A stretch of 64,000 nucleotides of DNA from Balanoglossus misakiensis (lineage: Eukaryota > Animalia > Hemichordata), in the NCBI GenBank assembly GCA_040954595.2, contig CM082596.2:9568461-9632460 (forward strand). Direction: 5' to 3'. Below, piece after piece: positions 25,928-39,049 of the stretch. The notes below the pieces were generated by a model. That model was given only the letters and a program-made list of their open reading frames with translations. It was not told the DNA's origin and searched no databases. Each line of letters begins with the position of its first letter. Positions within the stretch are counted from its first letter, which is position 1. The position numbers were made by a program, and so were the translations under genes.

Positions 25928-26299
25928 GTATGTAACTGTGGATATTGATCTCTTCTGTGGCTACACTGTTTGGGGATTGTATATTGCTATGGTTACAATC
26001 AGCTAAACACACATCCTGTCTATCCATTGCACACATTTTAAAATTTGAAATCAAGCGCACACTCGTACTGAACACATGTTTGTTGAGATTGTATCTCAGA
26101 AGTTTTCCAGTTATAATTATGCATAATATAAACAAATTAACAAATGTGAAAACTTATCTTTGAAAATTTGTTTGCAAGTGTGAAAAAGTACTCTGTATTT
26201 TAAAAATCAGACAAAGTTTTGCTGACAGGGTACATGAGTTTCAGGGGATTTTGTTAAAATGAGAATGATAGAGAGTGTTAAAATTCCTAGGAAGAGATC

Positions 26300-26955
26300 G
26301 CCATAGATATTGAGGACTTTGGTGTAAAAACAATTAATTGATCAAGAAATATGTGGTTAAGAATATGTGTCATCAACCTCACACGATACCATAAGACTGT
26401 CTGATATATTCATGCACAAGTATTTTCACTACTTATATGCATAACTCAATCAAATTAACATAATTTATCAACCTATGGCTAAATAAATTACCTCTGCAAA
26501 GAATAAATATACACTTAGAAAATTCATATAGTTTTCATCTCATTTTGAAAACATTACAAAATGCTTCTCCGAGGGGTACAGTAATTTTTTAACTGGTATA
26601 TTGTCGATAACTCATCACCATGAATGATCATTTCAAAACTTAACAAGGCATATGGCTAAACAGGATTCAGTGTTTGTGCACCTTCTATCTGCTATGCTGG
26701 ATCTATTATTGACAGTTTTCAAAGGGGTTTAATGACTCACCTTTTTATTCAGCACTATCTATTTTATTCCATTGCTTTTTTGGTTTATAGGGACTGTCTT
26801 TCAGAACTTTTTGGTTTGTTTCGTGTTTCAAGTGTAATTTATTATCCTTTAAGCTTTCACTTGTTTTCTAATTTTATTATTTTCTGTAGAAAATTCACTG
26901 AGATGTATGTGTATTACATTTGGTAGGAAATCAATAATAATAAAATTAAAAATAA
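26300..26955 (+). mobile_element. Degraded CR1/L2 LINE 3' end
   Basis: IDSFQRGLMTHLF resembles the FKxxLKTHLF terminus, followed by a T-rich UTR and (TAA)/A tail; left boundary approximate. Confidence 0.4.
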
Positions 26956-26975
26956 TACACTATCTTTGATTTCAG

Positions 26976-27092
26976 ATGTCAATGAATGTATGGAGAGAGC
27001 AGATCTTTGTGAAGGCCAGTGTGTGAATACAGAAGGCTCTTTTTATTGCACTTGTGCTGTGGGATATTGATTGGTCAATTGAGATTGTACAG
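26976..27092 (+). pseudogene. Second cbEGF exon with two TGA stops
   Basis: DVNECMERADLCEGQCVNTEGSFYCTCAVGY*LVN*DCT; tttcag/gtaaga; stops at 27068 and 27080. Confidence 0.85.
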
Positions 27093-27326
27093 GTAAGACC
27101 AGCACAATATTTGGGCAACGAAAGGTCCTGTATCTGTAACTTTTGAATTTTTATTCAGTATTATTCTGGTTATCAACCATAATTTCTTGTTCAGCTCGAT
27201 GAAGCAGGGTAAGCAATGTTGTTATGTTTAAACATTGTATTCAAGCCTGGGTCTGGACTTGGATGCAATTTGTCAATAATAACAGTGATTGGTAACAGCA
27301 TGTTTACATAACTGGCTAACTGTTAA

Positions 27327-28864
27327 GGGAGCCGTCATTATTTACGGCCTGGGGGGGGGGGGGTCGGAGGAATTACACTAGAAACTCCAAAATTTTGAGA
27401 AACCCCCCCTGCCAAGCATGCAGATTTTGAGAAACCCCCCCTTCCAACACAGAAATTTCGACTGCCCCCCCCCTAAAACCGGAACAACTACATATCAATA
27501 CATGTATCTGTATTGAACACCTATTGCCTGGCCATGAGGGCCATAGTGGCCGTTTATTACACCCGAGGGGTTGTGAGTTACCAGAATCATATGCTTTTTC
27601 CCGAGGCCGCAGGCCGAGGGAAATAGCATATGATTCTGGTAACTCACAGTCACGAGGGGGTAAAAACGGCTGCTATGGCCCGAATATAGGCCAGGCTATA
27701 GGTGTTTTATAATAAACCTCATGCTAACAGCTGGGAAAATCTTGCAATTTTCTCTTGAGGTTGGCAGACGACATCTTCAGCGGTGGCCATTGTGTCAGAT
27801 GACGCGACACCGATTGACGTGACCGAGTCTGCGCACTATTATAATGATAAAAATCATTATAATATACCTCATGCTAATACTGTGCCGTGATTCGCCAGAA
27901 TCCGTCACGTGATAGGAAAATAGAATCGACTATGAACCGCTAGGGAAATAGCAGAAAAAATATAAACCGGTCACGTGACCAACGTGGTCACGTCAATCAG
28001 CGTCGCGTCGTCTGACACAATGGCCACCGCTGAAGATGTCGTCCTGCCAGCCTCAAGAGAAAATTGCAAGATTTTCCCAACTGTTAGGATGAGGTTTATT
28101 ATAAAAACACCTATAGCCTGGCCTATATTCGGGCCATAGCAGCCGTTTTTACCCCCTCGTGACTGTAAGTTACCAGATTCATATGCTATTTCCCTCGGCC
28201 TGCGGCCTCGGGAAATAGCATATGATTCTGGTAACTCACAGCCCCTCGGGTGTAATAAACGGCCGCTATGGCCCTCATGGCCAGGCAATAGGTGTTCACT
28301 ATTAAAGTAGTGTAGTAAAAGACCTTCCTACTCCAGGTTCACCCTGCTACATTGTAGGTGATCATCAGTTGCATCATGATGGATTGAAAAGGGTGAAACA
28401 ACAAAACAATCTCAAAGTCACAACTAAATAATGATTACCGTAAAAGCTCACCCATAACCAGTAACCATCAAGTAGCATTGTGTAATTTGGACAGGCATCG
28501 TTAAAAGTCAAAATGATTATCAAACTTTGTTGATATAATAAGGAGTAATGTTATTTATGCATGATCAGGCAAGCATGCCAATCCTTTATCAGCAAATTTT
28601 GGGAAAAATACTTTGATAGTGCAGTGTGGACACTCTGGTGTTCCGCGACCAGAGGTCGCGGAGCGCTGCAGCACTTGCACAGCACACAACTAAATCTTTC
28701 AGTTGAAAAACTTTGATACATTTCCCAAAAATGAGTGACCCCCCTCTTCATCTACAATTTTTGAGAAACCCCCCCCTGCAGCCTTCCAATTTTTGAGAAA
28801 CCCCCCCCCCCCTTGATTCCTCCGACCCCCCCCCCCCCCCAGGCCATAAATAATGACGGCTCCC
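27327..28864. mobile_element. PIF/Harbinger-type MITE (TAA TSD), host of the family 2 pair
   Basis: taa|GGGAGCCGTCATTATTTACGGCCT ... AGGCCATAAATAATGACGGCTCCC|taa; subterminal ttttgagaaaccccccc repeats. Confidence 0.85.
27514..28298. mobile_element. Two head-to-head copies of hairpin-terminated element family 2 (27514-27845 minus, internally shortened; 27856-28298 plus)
   Basis: ~200-bp imperfect palindromes centred on cccgaggccgcaggccgaggg; internal IR cctcatgct...agcatgagg. Confidence 0.85.
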
Positions 28865-29048
28865 TAAAGAGACCAGCTGTTCTATTTGGTGTGTGTACAG
28901 TACACATGCCATTGGCAGCTTATGGGTCAGCCAATGTTTGCCTGTTGATCTCTTGATGTGTGTGTGTGTGTGTCTGTCTGTATATGTACTCCGGTGTAGA
29001 CTTTTTTCTTGTATTATCCGTGAATGGGATCACCGTGTACTTAACGCA

Positions 29049-29478
29049 ATTTCTTACACTCATCAGGGATATTTTGGCTTGTCTAACACGAGCTAAAAAT
29101 ATCCCCAACTCGTCTGAGAAATCTTATACCAGGTCCTAAGGTTGTGAGACTAATAGAATCTCACACTCCCAAGGACTTGGGATCATATTTCTCACATGTG
29201 TTGAGGATTTTCTGTCCCAAACAAGCTGCAGGCGAGTGTGGGACAAAATATCCCTGACGAGTGTGAGAAATATGATCCCAGGTCCTTGGTGTGTGAGATT
29301 ATATTTCTCACACGGCCACAAATTAGCCAAATTCGTTTTAAAACATTAAATAAATGACTCTTGAACTGTCATCTGGCACGTTGTAGTTTCTGTATCATAG
29401 GATAACATTTAGCTTTGTCATCCAATCTGAATCAGCGCTCGTGTCATATACAGCTTTTGATTCAGTGAGAATGTGTGA
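29049..29478 (-). mobile_element. Hairpin-terminated element family 1, second locus (body + hairpin + adjacent partial hairpin)
   Basis: Reverse-complement similarity to 5090-5300 and 8316-8447. Confidence 0.8.
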
Positions 29479-29479
29479 T

Positions 29480-30645
29480 TGATTTGTTGTTCATTGTTCA
29501 GGTGCACAACAGTGCACGTTAATTGATTGTCAAGGCCTCCAGCCCATAGGTAAGAGGGCATAAAGGTAATCAGAATTTTGTACGAAAATGAAATAAATAA
29601 TACATGTACTCAAATAATACAAATGACAACATCAAGCAGCACTTGTGTGGAAGTATGTACTCGGGATACAAAGTGAGGAACTTAGCAGATTAAGTTTTTT
29701 AACACATTTTCTTTAAGTTTAAAGGCATTGTAAACATAAATACTTGAGGATTCTGATGCGCTCATGATATTAACAAACATTTGAATGTGGGGAATTTTAG
29801 TGTAACCAATATATTGTTTTCTAAGACATATACGGGGCAAACAAGTAAAAAGTGATACTCGTCTTCTATTTGTTCACCAGAGCATAGCCTACAGTGTCTC
29901 TCTGAAACGTCCACGTTCTGATCTCTTCCCTCCTCTATTGCAAGAGGAAGGGCAGAACAGCGAAAACATGCAAAAATGTCTTTGACATTACGTGTACAGT
30001 TGACATCAACTTCTTTTCAGGCTGTAACAATGATTTAAAATGTGTGTATGTACGGAGTTTGGTTTTGGACGGACAGTGTGATTTCCATTGTTGCTTCAAA
30101 ATATCTGAAATTCTTGTCTCAAATGCTGAAAGGAACAAACACTTATCGCCTATTTCCTGAGAAATCCAGGCGAAAATAAAATGTGTTTCACCGATGTTGC
30201 CCAAGTGTGACGGCCTAAACAGTCAAGATTACGTATGTAGCATTAAATATGCTTGCCTAGGGAGTCTTTCCTGTTGCATCTCTATAAGTTTCACCCAGTA
30301 ACGAATACAACGTTTCATTGTGTGAACATACACTGGCAACCGCCCACATTCTCCAATTACAGCTTCATTGGTAGTGCTCCTTGGCACACCTAGAAAAATT
30401 CTGCACCATGTTCTTTGCACTTTTTCTATGATGTCATAAAACTCAAGTCTCCGATCCATAACAAAGAATGAGTAAGATCATGGCATCAAACACCTTGAAG
30501 TGACATTCAAATGGCATATACCCTAGTTTCCACCTGGCAACTGAGAGTAGAGACAACACCTTGCTGGCTTGATTAGCCAATGTTTGCACTGCTCTGGACC
30601 AGGTGTTGCGATTAAACAAAAGTGAACCTAGGAGTTTGAACAATG
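29480..30645 (-). mobile_element. 5'-truncated non-LTR retrotransposon (CR1/L2-group) ORF2 C-terminal part, frameshifted
   Basis: FKVFDAMILLILCYGSE, FLGVPRSTTNEAVIGECGRLP, RCIRYWVKLIEMQQERLPRQAY, KTKLRTYTHFK, CRLC...EDEYHFLLVCP; short-repeat 3' tail near 29480. Confidence 0.85.
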
Positions 30646-33621
30646 TCCTTGTAATAGACAGGTTTTGGTTGAGACAGGTTTTACTGTATTTTGATACATG
30701 CTCTGGCTTAACCATTTCACCACCATGGTACAGTCCGAACCCGTTGTTTTCTATGGTAAGGTTGGACCTCTAAAAAGGGAACTGGGAGGTTCTTTCTGGG
30801 AATCTCTTTATTTATTCTGTCACAAAAATTGCATGGGAGTTCTAATTCTAAAAGGAGCACTGATTTGATAAAATATCTCAAAGTCAAGTTTTGGATGTGG
30901 CTCCAGTTCAAGTATTGTAGGTGACTAGTTTTCCGGAGTTCAAGTCTGTATACTTGCAGTAGAGTTGGTCACATGGACTTGGGTAATCTGAGTGTGGTCA
31001 GAAATTGAACTTACACACACACATTGATTGAGTTAAGAACATGTCTGGTGTATTACTGTAATATGACTAGATACTGCAAATGCATAAACAATAAGTGTAT
31101 GTTAAAATACACAGTTTTCATTGATATATCTGATTCATGAAATTAAATACACATGTTCATTAAAACCCACTATGATAGAGCGCCCCCACTGTTCAGAATG
31201 TCAGTTTTGAAGTCCTACATCTATGACGTCATGCCTAGCTGTCAATGTTAACTGATGTGTACTTGTACTACTTGTAAATGGAAGTACTTTAAAGTAAAGC
31301 TCAGATGTAAGGGTTTTGTAAAATAAATATAATATTAAAACATTGCAATCATTTTAGTCCTTCGGAACAGCGGTCCAATTGACTAATGTGATCACTCTGT
31401 GTGCGGCATATGGCATATTAAGCATTTAGTATTTTTCAATCAGAAGCCATTAATCCTGTGATTAATTCTGCTTCTTGCAACACTGATTTTAAATCACCAC
31501 ACATGAATATTTTTATCCAAAGGACTGTGGTGCCCAAGTTTTTATGATAAGATAAACAAACAGTGAAATTCACTGAAGAAGTGAGTGAGCACTTGCCCAT
31601 TCATTGTTCAATGAAATGTGACCACCAATTCATTGACGCCTTGAGCATAGCAACAACAACCTGTGTATTGACAATACTGCCTGTAGCCTTTCAGTTGATG
31701 TTGCTTGATGTACATATATGACTGGAGTCGATCATTTGTGTTTTTTGTTGCATTGTTATTTTTAACAGCGTATTAAGCAATTTTTTGTTTGAGTTCATCA
31801 TTCAGTGATAGTAGCTGACTAAAATCAGTGATGGTCGTCAGGTTGTGTATTTCAATTTTCAGGATGACTGCTTTTGTAATAAATTCACAAGTTCTGTGAC
31901 CGTCACAAGAGTGTTCTGAATTATTGGTTTGTTTTCCTGTAGTGTGCATTTACATGTTCCCAGATAGGAAGTTTTAATGGGTATTAGTGTCAACATCCAC
32001 AAGTGACTTGAGGCCAGTGAACTTGTAGTTGTGTGTAGTTTGGATATTAGCTTGTGGTGATATTAACATGGCGAATATCAAAATAGTACAAACAAATGTT
32101 TAAAACAGGACATATCCATAGCTTTCCCTTTCATAATTGGACTGTATTGTTATTGAAGTACAAAGACTTTCCAGCAACATGACATGGCTGGATTTTTTTG
32201 TAGGAAACAAGTCCGGCTGCTATTTGCTGTCTTTGTATTACACTACTAGTAACATCTCCATTTCTAGCTTTGCACCTCACATTCAATGAATAGACCTGTG
32301 GATGTTTTGACACTTCTCGTCAATGAATGTGTATGGCTGCAGTTTATCAAATGATACACAAATCAAAGGAACAAACAGTGACTTTTATTTCTTTTGAGAA
32401 CCTTGCATTCTTATATTTAAATGCTCACTCACTGGCCCCAATTGCAAAATAGCAACATTTAATACATGCGATATTCAATGCGTTTACAGTATTCAAAAAT
32501 GTTTGAAATTGAATATTGTGCCAAAGAGTGGTGTTGTCAGTCCAAATATCAAAGCATTGAATGATTGTTCACAGTTTCCTGTATGGTTTGGCCCACCTCT
32601 TCTGAAAAGATGACTTGTGATATAGTGTTGTACATTGAAAAGAAATTCATATACATGTATTTTAAATAATTCATATTTTCAATCTAGAGGTGGGAGCTGC
32701 TTCCTCAAAATATATTTGACTGTCAGAATGAAAGGCAAGCGATTCACACAAGTTAACTCCAACACAACAACTCTTCAATTAAATAATTGACATCAGATAA
32801 CCACAAAGGCATTATTCAAATAAATTGTATAAATACAAATGCAGTTACAAGATTTGATGTCTGAAATTTACTGATAGGTGTAGATTTTGTAGGCATTTCC
32901 CTTCCTGGGTTACTTTGCGATTAGTTGTTTTGCGTAGTAGAATGGAACAGTGCCCGGTCTGGATTGGTCACATTAATGTTCAGAGAGAAAGTTAATTTGG
33001 CAACTGCTCATTGTATGAAAGGTCATAGGGTTAAGATGTCTTATGTCAAAGTCACTTATGAATCCCTTAAAGATAAATGTAACCTATCTTATTGACAGAT
33101 AAGCCAGCAACAACAGAGAAATGTTATACACCCAAATGCTATCAACGAGGTGAGCTTCTGTCTATCTAGGAAATGGTGCCACACTGCTACTGATAAGGAC
33201 AAAAAAAGAGTTTTGTTTAGCGCGTATGAAAATGTCAAAAATTTTAGTTATGGTAAACAACCAACACGCAAACATTTCTTTTCTTTTCAATTGTTTGATA
33301 AAATTATTATAACTATCCCAAAATTTGCAGCTTGTGTGCCTTTAAAATTCAAATTCCTGTCCAAAGGGTGTCTACCCCTGCTGGTCAACTGTTATATAGG
33401 CAATTTACACAAACACGTACCAGTATAGATTCGACCACAGTCCTGTTGGCAAACATGCTCCAATGGTCTTAGCAGACAACCATCATAAATGCATGAAACG
33501 CAGCACGCTCATTCAGTCCGATAATAGGTGCTAAAACATAACATTTTGACATCACTAACATTTTTCCCAGTGACCAAATTTTCTCAGTTTGAATCGACTG
33601 TTGATTTTGTGGAAACATTAA

Positions 33622-34791
33622 AGTGGAACGTTGTGATCCGTTTTTGAGCCAATTCTGCGAAATGCGATTAAAAAGTACTATGAAAAACGTTGGTTTCATT
33701 CACTTTCACTTACGCATAACAGACCTACAGCCAGCCAAAAACTGCGCGAACCCGGAAGTGAGTGACGTCAGCAACTTGTGGTACCGTTGTCCGCTGCCGA
33801 CGCGTTGGAGCGAGCGCCTGCACTCACGCGACCGACGACGTTAGCATGGCAACATATTCTCGGGTAGTAGGCTACAATTTTGAACCAGAGATTCCCTTCT
33901 ACGACCAAGAGACTGAATTTTACAGGGGACAAAAGTTCATGCAGTTCTGATCATCTCCGATGTGTCCTGTTTGTCAAGGCTTACACTTGGTGTGGTTTCA
34001 GTGAAACCATAGACCCTAGGGTCTATGGTGAAACAGACAATGCTGTTAACAATACCCTCCCTTGTTGTCTCTCCCTCGTTGTCACCTTTTCGAACCACTT
34101 TTCTTACAAAAATACTTTGTCACCTTTTATGGAGTTGAAAAGAACGCAGGTGCATCGTCCTGCTCTCCAGGTGTAGTACGTCCGTAGTATAATGGAAGCC
34201 AATACCATAGTTATTCTATGCATGCTTCGTCTCTTGAAATGTATTAAAACTGCCCTTTTTAGTTGCTTTCATTTGATAACTATGCGATCGTCAATAAATG
34301 GAAATTAAACCCAAATACGTGTACCAAAAAACGTGCAGGAAGGATTTAAAACGGTACGTTTATTATTATCAGCGGCAGTTAGAACAACTTTGTATAGGCC
34401 TTACGGTTTGTTCATAAACGTCGACATGCATGGCATCGTGGACATTGCAGGGTCTATGTCTGCACGCATCGACAAATACAATACACGTAGAGCATTGCCT
34501 TTGAAAGAAACTTATCCCCGTCGATTTTCCGAATATGTTTTTAAAATCATGAACTTGACATTTCGCCATGTCAGATCCGCGCAAAATGTGTCTGTTTATT
34601 GGAAATGACACGTCGAACGTGTAAGAGCGCTGCGCGTCGACTGCAACGCAAGTTGCTGACGTCACTGTAGTATTTTCAACTCGCGTCTTCTGCTTGCACA
34701 GGAAGTGAAAGTGAATTAACCCATCGGAACGTTGCCGTTTTTGACACCCGGTTTGTACTTTGAAGCCCAAAATTGTGGGTGTCGTTCCTCT
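33622..34791. mobile_element. Kolobok-like internally deleted DNA transposon (TTAA TSD)
   Basis: ttaa|AGTGGAACG ... CGTTCCTCT|ttaa; convergent ORF stubs MATYSRVVGYNFEPE (+, 33846) and THAP-like MAKCQVHDFKNIFGKSTGISFFQ (-, 34569). Confidence 0.75.
34008..34027. mobile_element. 20-bp palindromic P-like mini-insertion with 7-bp TSD
   Basis: gtgaaac|CATAGACCCTAGGGTCTATG|gtgaaac. Confidence 0.7.
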
Positions 34792-36317
34792 TTAACATGG
34801 CCAGTTTTGTCCAGTGGCTGTGATTGAAACCATCTCCAATACCAGAAAAATGCTGATCCAAAACAAACGTTAAGCACAAATTGTCATTTTGACTCGTGTA
34901 CTCAGAGTTTCGGAAACTTGATCAAGTAATATGACTTCAGAGAGGGGGGGGGGAGCAGTATCCGCTTCCATTTATTGGCTGTTTAAACAGATGTGTCAGT
35001 TATGTTGAAGCATTCTTCTTGCTTTATGCAGATGCAATTTGCGCCCCCATCCTCTACATACTGTAATCAGTCTCAGTGTTTGCCTGCTCGAGATTGTCAG
35101 TTTTTCATAAAAAGGAAATATTCATTTAAATTAAGCTTTGAATAATCTTATATATGATTTTAATTATGTCTATTAAATGACATTTCATAATATATCAAGA
35201 TCAACACTTATGTATGACAAAACAGGCCAAAAATGAAAGAAAATCTAAAATTGCTGTATTTTTTAAAAAGTGCAATTTTGCAATGAAAAATGAAAATCTA
35301 ATGTCTCAGCGGTGTACATTTACTTGCATGAGTTCTAGTGGAGGAGATCATGTTTTGTTTATGAAGTTCAATAGTCAGAAATGCAACGTTTTCATTGTTT
35401 CTTGCATTTCCCACGGTGGCAGCCATATTCCTTTATGGCAAAGCTTTATTATTTATCTGGTTAAAACTTGCAAATGCGCTCATATTTAGGGTTAAAAATA
35501 CTTGTATACAGTTCAGTGCCTACATCTGCATGGACTAATACTAGTACAGTTTGAAAAAAATGATAATTATCCCTAAAGTTTCAACTTATATGCCTGTAAG
35601 CGACATACCTTGTATTTGCATAAATTTGTCGTCAACCGGAAACGGATTACTTGTATGAAAATGTTTGGAGTTCTCGCAGCGATTTTAAATTCACCACTAT
35701 TTTCTTGGGCTGGCCATCTGAAAGGCAGCATGGTTGTCAAAGGATAAATCTTTTATGTCAACCGAGCAACATATTTAATATCATGAAGTGTACACAACAT
35801 TTGCACTGCTGGAACTATCATGACCACAATACTTGTTTACTCACCATGGAGGTCAACTGGACCCCTATAAAAACGGTAGAACCGTTTTAATCCAGCTGAC
35901 TTTCGAATTGCAAAGTACCGTAACAATAAAATTTGATAAGCCTATTTATATGCATTAATTCAAGTTTAAAGGAAAACTCATGAAAAAATGTGCGTTTTGG
36001 CAGCTATGGAGGTTTACCCCACTGTGTTCACTGATCAGGTTTGCAAAATACATTCAACCTTATGTAGTATGGTAATCAAACACTTAAAAATGTGATGTCA
36101 TATAACAAAGGCCTGTTGAAATACCCTGAAAGAAATAAAGTGTCTGTTTTACTTCTTACAATATACCATGCCAACAATTCTGCTGATGCAAAATTCAGTT
36201 GATGCAACACTTACAGATGTATGCACAGAACATAAAATCAGTATGGGAACCCTCCATTAAAACTTCTGCACTTTGTACCTGACTTGGCTATTGTCAAGTT
36301 GTGTCACTTAATATGTA

Positions 36318-37258
36318 CCGTATATTCTCACAAATAAGCGCCACTTTTTAACCATTTCAAATTTTGGTGGCGCCTAAACAAAGGCAGAAATGAGTCTTTT
36401 CAAGAACCGGTGGCGCTTATTCATGGATCGCCCGGTATACTGTACCCTGTTGATTCATATGCAAATGATTTGGGACGTTCCAATCAGTGTTCTCATAAGG
36501 GAGTGTCCGTAGTGAATGAATGGCTGTTTCAAATTCATATGTAAAGTTTTAACATTTTCTATTCAAATACAGTCAGTTCAATGTATTATCTAATAAATAT
36601 TCCAGAAATAAAAAGTTGTCAACGAAGTGAATACTACGAGCAGCATTACAGTATGCTGGCTGAACCATCAACAAAATCTACTGACGTATAGTGGTTTAGT
36701 CCAAGTGCGTCTTTGTCATCATGCTCTCATACATGTAAGGTCAGGCAAGGTTGCGTGAATACATGTACTCACGTTGCGTGAATATTCACGAGAAAATTAA
36801 TACCGCAAACATATTCACAACTTGAAACTAGTCCTATTATTTCAAAGCCCTGGCCATATGGTCAAACTTGGGTGGTAGTGCCGGTAACGTAAGCGGCTGC
36901 CGATCGATCGACAGGAAAAAGACGAGTGTCTAGACGCCCGGCACCTGTGTCTTTTGCAGTGTGATAATTTACATAAATTAGGAGGTTGACACGTGCCCGA
37001 TTTCATCTTGTAAATAAATAGCACATCAGCCCAAAGCATGCATTGTCTGCTCAGGTCAATTATTATTCACACAGCAAGCCCCCCGTTGTTTTTGACGAGA
37101 CCCCTAAACAGGTGTTACCTCGGTAGCACTTGTCATGATTCACGTACGTCCACACACCTCAAAAAAAATTCCTGGCGCTTAATTTTAAGTAAAAAGTAGC
37201 AAAGTCAGGTATCACTGGCGCCTAATCATGGGTGGCGCTTATTTGTGAGAATATACGG
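36318..37258. mobile_element. Tc1/mariner-pogo-type non-autonomous element (TA TSD)
   Basis: ta|CCGTATATTCTCACAAATAAGCGCCAC ... GTGGCGCTTATTTGTGAGAATATACGG|ta, perfect 27-bp TIR. Confidence 0.9.
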
Positions 37259-38309
37259 TAATATTACCTGTAATCTGTTTGGTTTTGTTATTATTTTGTT
37301 AGTTCATGCGTCCTTGTGCTTGCTGGGTGACACACTTTACACACCTGCTTGTTGCATGCATGGCACTATTTTTTGACTAAAAATGTTCCTTCCAGGCCAT
37401 TAAATTACCTATATTGGGATATATCTTCATTTTGGCAATTTGTACGATGGGTAAACACTATTTGACGGGCGGAGAAGACCTGCTTATCGATATGTATTCT
37501 ATTGCAAACAGTCAGTACACATAGTTAGAGACTGCTCAGCACTCCAGATCTTATATCGAGAATGGCCACTGTTTCGCGAGTATAAATTTTCGCGTTCTCT
37601 TATTTCATTCACTGCATCGTTATCTTCAAAAAAATTCACGTGACACTTTATTTTTACACTATTTTGGCACTTGCGTATTTGGCGAAAATTTATTGCTCGC
37701 GAAAAATTAAAGCCGCTTGCACACGTGCCATTGTTAGGGCGCCCTTTTTGGGATTATAAAATTTGGTAAACATTTCTTATCAGTGACTCAAATACTTTTG
37801 CATGCACATGTGTATAAAAGGGACAGGGTCATCGCCCTCTACGCGCGTCCACAGCAGCGTGGCTAAAGGTCACAATGTTCACACGTGATTTGAGTCGCTG
37901 TTTAGTGCAGCGCCCCGACCCAGGTCCCACCCCTCAACACCGTCCCCCAAAAAGCCGCTCTCACCTTTTCACACGTGGCACTTACAAATTAACGCCGCCC
38001 TAGGGCTGCTGCTGGGGCGGCGTTGATGGCACGTGTGAAAGGCACTAAAGTGTTTTACAGTATGTACTTTTTAATCCCTTCAAATATTTGAATATGATTA
38101 ATTCCATGATAAGTGGGACAAGAAACCACAGTTGATACCCCAAAAAAATATTGAGAAAATAACCCGAAGTTGGAGTTACTGAGCTTTAAATTGATTTCAA
38201 TAATCTCCCAAGTGAAAATTGGCTGAAGCTCCTGTAGTCAGTTACCTGTTGGTAGATTGACACATGACAATGATTGACTGTTTACACTTTTCTTTGTTTG
38301 ATCTTTTAG

Positions 38310-38528
38310 AGGAATATTCAAGCACTGCAGGAGAATCTAGAGATGGCACAGAAAATAAGAACTTGAATTGAAGAATCAGCAAGATCAACATGCACGACAA
38401 AATCAACTCATAACACAAAGACAACAACAAAAGCAATTACAAAGATAGCCCAACAACAACAACAAGCAGTGCAAGCACAGCCATCCAATATACAATCAAC
38501 AAATCAACAACTAAGACACCACTTTCAA
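38310..38528 (+). pseudogene. MED25: MED25 C-terminal Gln-rich exon (two compensating indels; degenerate LxxLL box)
   Basis: RNIQALQENLEMAQK..ELELKNQQ...NQQLRHHFQ; ttttag/gtaagt; the straight reading hits TGA. Confidence 0.65.
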
Positions 38529-39015
38529 GTAAGTTGTCACAATAATGTGAACAGTGAATATTTTGAAAACCAAGACTGATACCCGTGTCACTCCTGGGAA
38601 TTGTTATGTGGGGAAAAATAAAATCATTTTTCTCAAAAAAGGAGCTTTCTTGATGTTACAAATAACATGGTCTGTGCCATTCCCGAAATTATCTTAATGT
38701 ATTTGGGACCTGACAGTCACACAGAATAAATTCAAAGCACTATTTGCCCAAAGCAGACCTAAATTACAGACAGAGGAATACAACAAATCTTGTCTCATTC
38801 TTATTTTCAATTCTTCTAGTTTTTCCATGGTATCAGTGTGGAAGCACTGATGATAACCTCCGTCAGACAGTTTTAAATGCACAATCGTCTTACTCTTATG
38901 CACATATGTGTAATTTTGTGCGTACAAAATAAGATCAAATCCAAATATCTGCAAATTTTATGTGCATGCATTCAAATAGTGGACTGCCTTCACTTCCTTT
39001 CATATTTCTTGCCCA

Positions 39016-39018
<3 letters not shown>

Positions 39019-39046
<28 letters not shown>
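39019..39046. repeat. (TA)n microsatellite
   Basis: Direct reading. Confidence 0.9.

Positions 39047-39049
<3 letters not shown>

Noticed and set aside
27068-27082. Two in-frame TGA codons in the EGF exon as selenocysteine
   Set aside because: They fall at non-Cys positions; simplest explanation is CGA>TGA CpG decay.
27524-27712. Recurrent MPGHEGHSGRLLHPRG ORF (three copies)
   Set aside because: Lies entirely within the palindromic hairpin of a repeat and starts at TTG; conservation reflects the DNA element.
31330-32400. Possible degraded hAT-like transposase on the minus strand
   Set aside because: Only vague motif echoes across many stops and frameshifts; cannot be supported without blastx.
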